A stretch of 64,000 bases of DNA from an uncultured Gammaproteobacteria bacterium. GTDB taxonomy: Bacteria > Patescibacteriota > Patescibacteriia > Veblenbacterales > UBA10138. Location: the NCBI GenBank assembly GCA_964453605.1, contig CAYVOI010000001.1, positions 676,095 to 740,094 on the forward strand. Direction: 5' to 3'. Every line of letters starts with the position of its first letter. Position 1 is the stretch's first letter. The notes below the pieces were generated by a model. That model ran no database searches and was not told the DNA's origin. It worked only from the letters and a program-made list of their open reading frames with translations. Below, in pieces: positions 19,457 to 28,710 of this stretch. A program made the position numbers and the translations under genes.

Positions 19457-20011
19457 TTACTCAGTGGTGCTTAAAACGTTCTTGAGCTCTTGGAGCGCTC
19501 GGTGGAGTATAACGCGCGTAGCGGCTCCGGTCTTACCAATAATAGTTGCTATCTCCTGGGGCCGTAGCCCTTCAACGTAAGCCAGGATCACTACTTCTTG
19601 CCACTCTGGCTTAAGCCTAGTGAGAGCTACTTCTATTTCCTGTAAGCTCACGCGGTGCTCAGGGCTCAAGGCCCTGCCCTGGCTAACATCAGTTACGTGT
19701 AAAGCCTCATCAAGTGGTAAGGTGTTCTGCTGGCTCCGGTAGTGGTCAGCGATCAAGTTCCTGGCCACCTGGTAGAGGTAAGCCCGGAGGTTCCGTATGC
19801 CCCCACCTTCTGGCTTAGTCAGGTACTGCCAGACCTTGAGAAAAAGGTCTGAGGTAAGGTCCTGGGCTACTTCTTGGGTCCTGACGCGGAACGATACAAA
19901 CCGGTACAGCTGGTCCACGTAGCTATCGTACAGAACAGCAAAAGCCTCCTGGTCGCCATGCCGAATTTTTAACAGTAGTACCTCTTCTTCAATCTTGCGT
20001 TTCAAGTACAT
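19457..20011 (-). CDS. ECF RNA polymerase sigma factor
   Basis: GDQEAFAVLYD, AQDLTSDLFLKVW, YLYQVARNLIADHYR, region 4 EIA.IIGKT..ATRV..HRAL. Confidence 0.92.
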   Translation of the reverse strand: MYLKRKIEEEVLLLKIRHGDQEAFAVLYDSYVDQLYRFVSFRVRTQEVAQDLTSDLFLKVWQYLTKPEGGGIRNLRAYLYQVARNLIADHYRSQQNTLPLDEALHVTDVSQGRALSPEHRVSLQEIEVALTRLKPEWQEVVILAYVEGLRPQEIATIIGKTGAATRVILHRALQELKNVLSTTE

Positions 20012-20251
20012 ATATGGAGACGTGGTATGTGGAAAATCGTTACACTACGTGAGTGCTACTTTAACTATTTTCCCCTACTTTGGCAAGTATAAAAATAATG
20101 AAATTAAGCCAAAATACTACCCTATAAACTAACCAAATCGGCAAAATGCCATTCTTAATATATTTATACAATGATTTATATAAAAACAGCGGAAATTTTA
20201 AGAATTCATGAGCTTAAATGCAATAAAAATATAATACATGTATACAATAAT

Positions 20252-20279
20252 TTGACAAAAGTATACATTATTCTATACT
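20252..20279 (+). promoter_or_regulatory. sigma70-like promoter for the HTH gene
   Basis: TTGACA-N16-TATACT in an AT-rich divergent intergenic region. Confidence 0.6.
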
Positions 20280-20345
20280 TTATGTATCTAAATTGAATAA
20301 ATTTATCCAGCAGGGATTAACTACACTAAAACTTTCTAACCACCG

Positions 20346-20618
20346 ATGAACTCCCCTATCAGAATTTCTGTCAGTGAAGCTTCCAGACTCTTTGGCTTAT
20401 CCACAAAAACCATTCGCCAAGCTATTAAGCTGGGCACCATAACCTATGTGGTCGTAAGGGGTAGGTACAAGCTGAACTTTGAGAGTGTGCTCAGCTGGTC
20501 CCAAAGCTCCCCCCGCCGGCAGCACGCTATGGAACGGGGTGGCTTGGGGCAGTATGTGGATACGTGGAAAATCAGGAACCGTAAGTACTCCCCCCGCCCA
20601 CCACAAGAAAACACTTAA
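20346..20618 (+). CDS. Small helix-turn-helix protein (HTH_17/excisionase-like)
   Basis: ISVSEASRLFGLSTKTIRQAIK motif. Confidence 0.75.
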   Translation: MNSPIRISVSEASRLFGLSTKTIRQAIKLGTITYVVVRGRYKLNFESVLSWSQSSPRRQHAMERGGLGQYVDTWKIRNRKYSPRPPQENT

Positions 20619-20622
20619 CCTG

Positions 20623-21699
20623 CTATAGCAAAAACTGGCGCTTTAAGCTTCGGCTCAAGCGATAAGCACTAGCGTGAGACAGCACGCCGAGGTACGAACT
20701 TAGCAATTGCCCAAAGCTAGTTTTGGTAATGGCTCCTCCACGCCAGGCCACCAGGCGTTGGTGCAGCTTTCGTAGCATGCGTGCCTTGGTTTTTGTGCGT
20801 AGCACGCGGCAGTGCGGCAGCACAACGTAACCTAGAAAATCAATACCCTGGCCGTACTTTCGGAGGATAACCTTCTTTTGGTGGAGTTCAAGCTTAAGGC
20901 CTTCCCTCAAAAACTCAGCGAGCTTTGGTACTAAGCTTTCGAGGTACTCTTTGTTGTCTGCCAGTATCACAAAATCATCGCAGTACCGCACGTAGTGCCT
21001 CACCTTGAGCTTGTGTTTTACAAACTGGTCAAGCTCGTTCAAGTAAATGTTCGAGAATAGCTGGCTGGTCACATTTCCTAAGGGCAATCCCTTGCCTGGA
21101 CTGGTTTCAAAACTTCCCACCACTTGACGAATAAGCCAGGTAGTGCTAAGGTCATATGATTTATACGCGATAAGCTCAAGCAATATCTTATGGTCAACCG
21201 TATCAAAGAATTTCTTGACATCGCACTTCAGAGCATAGCTAGGTTTTTGCCTGTTACGGCTTACCTGCCACAGGAAACGTTCCAAGCGGGCTACCCCGCG
21301 GTGGGTGCCTTTATCAATACGGCAAGAGTAGGAGTCGAAAATAAACTTCCGTTCGTACAACGGGTACAGTACGCGAAACAGGGCTTGGTGCACTACCCTG
21401 TCTCGCACGCTGGCCTTGTGGATATGTCGTAGCTTAGGGTCGGTAATGTAAAACGAAGCGTAAGCGGTGTTGCGGTAGGTTTTGCTGGTAAGCTCCTGGT
21501 GTAATTTAAAAAGGTTGTCCTCAAGGCCGAATTCAAACACCTGCACATCAGGCTTGCTCCGCTTGCCACGCCGAAACTCGCGCCAGGCTAAAAGCAGGTT
21601 AGGCAAACTAACAACCCGCTCAAATAAACCACTATGCCCAACACCATTCCCCAAAGCCCACCCCTCGCCACCGACCATGTTGATGTTCCCTTGGTTCAT
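20623..21699 (-). CDS. DGR reverse transcriptase
   Basis: RDRVVHQA, SYSCRIDKGTH, LKCDVKKFFD, GLPLGNVTSQLFSNIYL, YVRYCDDF, GIDFLGY; no maturase or HNH tail; start uncertain (21729, 21699 or 21678). Confidence 0.93.
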   Translation of the reverse strand: MNQGNINMVGGEGWALGNGVGHSGLFERVVSLPNLLLAWREFRRGKRSKPDVQVFEFGLEDNLFKLHQELTSKTYRNTAYASFYITDPKLRHIHKASVRDRVVHQALFRVLYPLYERKFIFDSYSCRIDKGTHRGVARLERFLWQVSRNRQKPSYALKCDVKKFFDTVDHKILLELIAYKSYDLSTTWLIRQVVGSFETSPGKGLPLGNVTSQLFSNIYLNELDQFVKHKLKVRHYVRYCDDFVILADNKEYLESLVPKLAEFLREGLKLELHQKKVILRKYGQGIDFLGYVVLPHCRVLRTKTKARMLRKLHQRLVAWRGGAITKTSFGQLLSSYLGVLSHASAYRLSRSLKRQFLL

Positions 21700-22014
21700 A
21701 CGATTTACCAATTTTACAAGCTTCTGCACGGGTACATCAAGCTCTTCCCCAAAACCGAGAAGTACTCACTGGGCGCGCGTATTGAACATTTTACCCTGGA
21801 TACACTCGAGCTCTGCTTAAAGGCAGCCTATGCGTCTAGGGCAAACCGTTCAGTGCTCCTGGAGGAGCTCGACACGAAGGTGCAGGTGCTGAAAACGCTC
21901 GTCCGGCTGGCGCACGAAATTAGGGCGCTCGATGATGCTAAGTACTTGGGCCTGCAAGAACGGCTACAGGAGATGGGCAAAATGGTTGGCGGGTGGTTAA
22001 GATACAGCAGGTAA
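21634..22014 (+). CDS. avd: Avd-like four-helix-bundle accessory protein
   Basis: FPKTEKYSLGARI and EMGKMVGGW motifs, 126 aa, lies between RT and TR. Confidence 0.88.
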   Translation: MPNTIPQSPPLATDHVDVPLVHTIYQFYKLLHGYIKLFPKTEKYSLGARIEHFTLDTLELCLKAAYASRANRSVLLEELDTKVQVLKTLVRLAHEIRALDDAKYLGLQERLQEMGKMVGGWLRYSR

Positions 22015-22017
22015 AAT

Positions 22018-22047
22018 AAGCACCCCCCGAAATGCCGGGGGGTGCTT
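22018..22047. terminator. Bidirectional hairpin between the avd stop and the TR 3' end
   Basis: 12-bp perfect stem AAGCACCCCCCG/CGGGGGGTGCTT, 6-nt loop, T-rich tails on both strands. Confidence 0.75.
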
Positions 22048-22064
22048 TTAGCATTACCGCGAGA

Positions 22065-22184
22065 ACTTCCAGGGGACGAAGCCCGTTGTTGTTCCAGTGA
22101 TTACCCGCGTCGTTGTAGTTGACGTTCGCCAAGCCACCGTTGTCGGAGTTACCGCCGATAAGACGGCTACCACGGCTCTCAAAA
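22065..22184 (-). repeat. DGR template repeat (TR)
   Basis: 120-bp ungapped match to 22548-22667; carries 9 AAC/AAT codons in the target frame. Confidence 0.95.
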
Positions 22185-22520
22185 ATTGTTTGCTCCCGCC
22201 CATAGACACCAGGGCTCGATTCGTATGCGAAACTCGCCCTTGTATTTTATGCTGTGGCAGCCCTGAAAGGTTTCGGACATCCACACTAGGAGCAAACAAG
22301 CAGTGCTCTTGGTAATGCCGCGATACGCTCTCCGCACCCGTGAGTTTGGAGACCCTGATCGCAAGTATCCTAAGGATTTCGGCGACAGCGATCCGTAAAC
22401 CACTGTGCATTAGCCTACTCTCAACTCTACCTTAGCTCATTTTTGAAAAATAATAAAGGCTTGAGAAAATTGCTTCCCAAGCCTTTTTTTCCAAGTTCCA
22501 AAAGGAACCATTGTTTTCAA

Positions 22521-22536
22521 TCCGCCAGTTGGCGGA
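22521..22536. promoter_or_regulatory. Hairpin 4 nt downstream of the target stop (candidate DGR retrohoming cis-element)
   Basis: TCCGCC-AGTT-GGCGGA. Confidence 0.6.
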
Positions 22537-22540
22537 CAAG

Positions 22541-23482
22541 TTACAGCACTGCCAGGGGACGAAGCCCGAAGCTGTCCCAGTGAAGACCCGCGTCGTTGTA
22601 GTCGACGCTCGCCACGCCACCGTCGCCGGAGCTACCGCCAATAAGACGGCCACCACGGCTCTCAAAATACTCCTCTCGCCATTCCCAGGTGTTGGTTTTG
22701 CCATCGTCCTTGCGGGGCAAATCCAGGCACAGCTGAGGAATGACGTTGGCCTCGATCTCCTTTTCGAGACGGACTTGTTCAGGCTTGAGCTTGAGAAGTT
22801 TGGCCACGGCCGGCTTAACGTGTTGTTCCCATTCATTGGGTGAAACGCTGAAGCGAGACGAACGCGGACCTTGGGTGTAATCAAGAATGGCACCAGCCGA
22901 ACGCAAACCTGCGATGATGGAGCCGAGGAATTTTCCGTCGTCCTCATACATCTGCCGTCCATTGTCGTATACAGGCTTGCACCTGGTATCAATCAGTACC
23001 GTAATGCCACCAAGCCCATAGGCCGGATTGGAAACCACGAGCTCACCAGAGGTATTGGCCAAGAAAAGTTTGCCCTTGTCGGACACCTCGTAGTACCACT
23101 TCTCGGGCTTCACCTTCCAACCCGGAAAGTTTGCGGCCTGTGCCATGAGCACCGCCGGCAAAAACGCCACGTCGAGGCCAAGCTTTTGCCACTCGGCTAT
23201 CTGCCGACGACCGTAGCGCTTGAGTGTTTGGGCGAAGGCCGTGAGGTCAAACTCGGCACCGAAGAACAGCCAATGGCGTTTGAACTCCCGCAGCAGCAGG
23301 GCCAGCATCCAGTTGGACACTACCACCGTGTTGTGGCCGATGATGGTATCACTCACGCGCTTGGCGAGATCAGGCACTGCGCGCATCTTTTTGAAATGTT
23401 CTCGCTCGACACCATGCTGTGCCAGCACTTCGAACGTCGACGTTATTTCGGAGAGTGGTATCTCCTTGACTAAGTTCCCCAT
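22541..23482 (-). CDS. DGR target protein, probable C-terminal CLec-type fold
   Basis: WEW..E....GG......S......GLRPL pattern; VR at the 3' end; SD GAAAGGAG. Confidence 0.92.
   Translation of the reverse strand: MGNLVKEIPLSEITSTFEVLAQHGVEREHFKKMRAVPDLAKRVSDTIIGHNTVVVSNWMLALLLREFKRHWLFFGAEFDLTAFAQTLKRYGRRQIAEWQKLGLDVAFLPAVLMAQAANFPGWKVKPEKWYYEVSDKGKLFLANTSGELVVSNPAYGLGGITVLIDTRCKPVYDNGRQMYEDDGKFLGSIIAGLRSAGAILDYTQGPRSSRFSVSPNEWEQHVKPAVAKLLKLKPEQVRLEKEIEANVIPQLCLDLPRKDDGKTNTWEWREEYFESRGGRLIGGSSGDGGVASVDYNDAGLHWDSFGLRPLAVL
22548..22667 (-). repeat. DGR variable repeat (VR)
   Basis: 15 mismatches to TR, 13 at TR adenines; encodes FESRGGRLIGGSSGDGGVASVDYNDAGLHWDSFGLRPLAV. Confidence 0.95.
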
Positions 23483-23691
23483 AATGGGTCACTCCTTTCC
23501 TGTATTTGGGCTCTCCTGTAGAAGGCTCGCCCGGTTGAACATTATCCAGCGTACAAGCTGGGGTTGATTGAAGTTACGACTAGGGTAAGTCTATGGCTGT
23601 AACTTATATTTAGTTTACCCCTGCCAACCTGACCAAAACACCCTGGTTTCAGCCATATTGGCAGGGATAAGGCATTGTTAAAGGACGCTCT

Positions 23692-23720
23692 ATCGTACCC
23701 CTATTTTATAGCTTTGTCAA
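23692..23720 (-). promoter_or_regulatory. sigma70-like promoter upstream of the DGR target
   Basis: TTGACA-N17-TACGAT. Confidence 0.6.
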
Positions 23721-23879
23721 GCGCTTAAAGCGCGCCCACTCTAAACAACTAGCCATAGCCACATAAAAACCGCCCTAAGCTAGTGGCGGCACATTAAGTG
23801 CACAAGCAAAAGCCTAGTGACTAGGCCTTGCGCACCAGTGGCAAGTCTTGTAACCCCTGGGCTAACTATACACCAAAAA

Positions 23880-23907
23880 CCAAAAACACCCCAAAGAGCG
23901 GGGTGCC
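23880..23907 (-). terminator. Intrinsic terminator
   Basis: Minus strand GGCACCCC-GCTCTTT-GGGGTGTT followed by TTTGGTTTTT. Confidence 0.6.
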
Positions 23908-24202
23908 GTAGAAAAGAATAAGAAGTTGGTTTTTTGTTGGAGGGATTGTTGAGAAGGGAATGTGTTGTAGAGGTGTTGTTTGAGGAGTTTTATAATTGAG
24001 AGTTTTGGTTGTTTGTGTGGAGTGTTGGGGTGCAGTTGCCTGCGGTAGGGGTTTTAGTAAGTTTTGTGTAGACGTCCCAGGCTTCAAGCTTTCTTGAAGA
24101 CTAAGGCATCTACACAGCCTACTACCCTATTCCACACAAGTCTCTCGACTCCTCTGGCCTCTATTCCCTTGTTAATCCTTCCGAAACCAACTTCTTATAG
24201 TT

Positions 24203-24231
24203 AGAATACTCTCAGGCTAAAACTTTGTCAA
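24203..24231 (-). promoter_or_regulatory. sigma70-like promoter with no clear downstream CDS
   Basis: TTGACA-N17-TATTCT. Confidence 0.55.
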
Positions 24232-24368
24232 ACCCCTGTAAATACTGAGGACTGTGCTACGTCTAACCCCTGGGGCTTAGAGTTATCCACAGCGTATAAA
24301 AAGAGGTAGCCCCACAACTTGTGAGACTACCTCCATGTTACGACTCTATTGGTTTTATTATGGCTGTG

Positions 24369-26345
24369 TTACCTACCCTCTCGCATGAACCCGAGGAAGA
24401 ACTGCAGGCCGTTGAAGCACTCGAACAGGCACACCTGCAGCCACTTCAGTGGATTCCACAGGTGGCGGTACCACTGGCACCAGACCTGGCTGATGTAGGT
24501 TCGCGATGAAACGCGGGCGAAGGGGTTGTGCTTGTAGAACCACAGCGCGAGCGACGACGGCACCCGCACCTCGGGCACCTCAGCCTTGAAACGAGCGTAG
24601 AGCGCACGCAGCTCGGAAACCTTCACCAGGCGCCAATCGACCACCCCCTTACGGGCACGGGCGACCAGCTCGGTGAGGCGCTCTTCCGCCGCAGGAATAG
24701 GCCGGCTCCTCAGCCACACCTCTTGGAACTGCAGGTAGAGCTTCACGAGCTCCCGCAGGCGGTAGGCAGCGGCGCGCGCCCTCCCCCACCAGAACGGCAG
24801 CCAGGCTTCGCGAGGGAACCCCGGCCTCCGCTCGTCGCGGTAGCGCACGGTCCAGAAACCGCAGTTCATGGGATGCAACCCCTCGATACGTGCAGCGTAC
24901 AGGTACCAGGCGAAAAACCACAGCTGCGCCCAGTAGTGCTTGCGGTTACCGCGCCAGCCCTTGAGCACCTGAACCATGTGGTCGGTAGAGTAGAACCACC
25001 GCCAAATGTCACGGTGTGTCTGTGCAAGGTCTGCAGCCGACATACTTTGGGGCAGTACGGCCACGTGGTTTGAGTCGTAGGTGTTAAAATCAGGATGCAT
25101 CCAACGACCCTCCTTCCACCACGTTTGGTGATCTTCCGACCCTGGCAGCGGGGTAAGAATATAGAACGAAGCTGAGTTGAAGCCGATAGCCTGAAGCTGG
25201 CAAATGTCCTCACGAATGCTGGCACGCGTGTCAAATTCCAAGCCAATGATATATCCGGCGTGGCACGTCATGCCTAAGGCATTGCAGTGTTTGACCAGCG
25301 ACTCATACTCCTTCACTTGGTTCTGGTACTTACCCTGCGCCTTCAGGTTCTGCTGGTTCATGGTCTCCAGGCCGAAGAATACCTGGTTGCAGCCGGCGCG
25401 GGCTGCCAACTGGAAGAAATCACTGTTCTTCCCCTTCCTGGCCGCCAGGTCAGCCTGCATCATGAACGTAAAGGGAATGCCCTCGGCCTCGCGGAGAGCG
25501 GCCAGGCCAGCGAACAGTTCGCGCCAGCGCGGGTTGCGGGCCAGGTTGTCGTCGGTGAAAAAACAGTGGCGAACGCCGACGGCGTGGTAGTTGCGGCGGA
25601 CAAACTCTACCACCTGGTGCGGGTCGCGGCAGCGCATGGTGTTCCCCTGCACGTTTATGATGGTGCAGAACTTGCAGGCGAACACGCAGCCGCGGCCGGT
25701 ATCAAGGGTACTGAACGGTGAAGCGAACCCCTTGAGATCAGACTTGGTAAGCCTGGGGATGGGCAAATTGGTGAGGTCGGGCGTCTCTTTCAGGAAATCG
25801 TAGAGCGGCTGAGCTTGTCCACGTACGACATCGGCGATAATGTTCGGTAACCGGTCGCCTTCCACCTCTCCAGCCACGAGCGTAATACCGCGATCCATAG
25901 CTGCCTTGAGGTCGTCCGTTAGGCCGATCATCGCCAGCATACCGCTGACGTGAAACCCCCCAATGAGCACGGCAATGCCGTGGGGCAGGAACTGGGCCGC
26001 AATATCATTAGCCCGTGGGTACTGGTTGGTTTGCACGCCCACGAACATGACAATCGCTTTCACGCCACGGCGGCGCGACTGCCTGATGATATCCCGCACC
26101 GGCACACGCTGAATTGCCTCGTCGATGAGGCGCACGTTGAGCTGTAGGCCTTGAAAAAACGGGTACCGGGTGAGATTACGCGTGAGGCAACCCATTTGGG
26201 TAAGGGTGTTACTGCGGATGACCCCGATACGTGTACGAATGGGGTAGCCGTCATCGGTGTAGTTGGTGCAGCGCACCAGCGTAATATCGAGCGTGTCGAC
26301 GCCGTACCTGTGCGCGGTCGTATTTGTCTGCAGCACGTGGTTCAT
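24369..26345 (-). CDS. Radical SAM protein (B12-binding-domain class-like)
   Basis: GRGCVFACKFC (CxxxCxxC), IGGFHVS, FTDDN, FFGLET, LTPLPGS; SD AAAGGAGG before ATG 26345. Confidence 0.88.
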   Translation of the reverse strand: MNHVLQTNTTAHRYGVDTLDITLVRCTNYTDDGYPIRTRIGVIRSNTLTQMGCLTRNLTRYPFFQGLQLNVRLIDEAIQRVPVRDIIRQSRRRGVKAIVMFVGVQTNQYPRANDIAAQFLPHGIAVLIGGFHVSGMLAMIGLTDDLKAAMDRGITLVAGEVEGDRLPNIIADVVRGQAQPLYDFLKETPDLTNLPIPRLTKSDLKGFASPFSTLDTGRGCVFACKFCTIINVQGNTMRCRDPHQVVEFVRRNYHAVGVRHCFFTDDNLARNPRWRELFAGLAALREAEGIPFTFMMQADLAARKGKNSDFFQLAARAGCNQVFFGLETMNQQNLKAQGKYQNQVKEYESLVKHCNALGMTCHAGYIIGLEFDTRASIREDICQLQAIGFNSASFYILTPLPGSEDHQTWWKEGRWMHPDFNTYDSNHVAVLPQSMSAADLAQTHRDIWRWFYSTDHMVQVLKGWRGNRKHYWAQLWFFAWYLYAARIEGLHPMNCGFWTVRYRDERRPGFPREAWLPFWWGRARAAAYRLRELVKLYLQFQEVWLRSRPIPAAEERLTELVARARKGVVDWRLVKVSELRALYARFKAEVPEVRVPSSLALWFYKHNPFARVSSRTYISQVWCQWYRHLWNPLKWLQVCLFECFNGLQFFLGFMREGR

Positions 26346-26580
26346 AACTCCTCCTTTCATCAGAGGTTTAACGGTTGATATTGTATTGTCAATTATTTGC
26401 AATGTTAGTAAGATCTTTTAAGCTTATTCTTTATTATTTTTACCGCACCGTCAAGAGGCTAAGCAAAAATCGGCGAGTGCCTAGGCACTCGCCGATTTCC
26501 CGGCATAACCCCCAAACTAAATATCCAAATTCTTTACCCTCCTTCGTCCGCCAGCTGGCGGACTACGGCGGGCAGGCGTT

Positions 26581-28701
<2,121 letters not shown>

Positions 28702-28710
28702 TTAATACAG

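Larger units (their letters stand above)
20623..23720. mobile_element. Diversity-generating retroelement (RT, avd, TR, target with VR)
   Basis: All core components are present and the TR/VR differences are adenine-specific. Confidence 0.95.

Noticed and set aside
20346-20618. Excisionase marking a prophage around the DGR
   Set aside because: No integrase, att repeats or phage structural genes were seen.
20623-21729. RT as a group II intron, retron or CRISPR-associated RT
   Set aside because: No maturase/HNH domain or intron domain V, no cas genes; avd and the A-specific TR/VR pair identify a DGR.
21938-22992. Short ORFs over the TR and VR (64-186 aa)
   Set aside because: They are alternative-frame or antisense shadows of the TR and the target gene.
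24283-24291. DnaA box (TTATCCACA) near gyrB as oriC; other single boxes at about 13112 and 20397
   Set aside because: The boxes are isolated, there is no dnaA/dnaN here, and gene strand bias does not switch.
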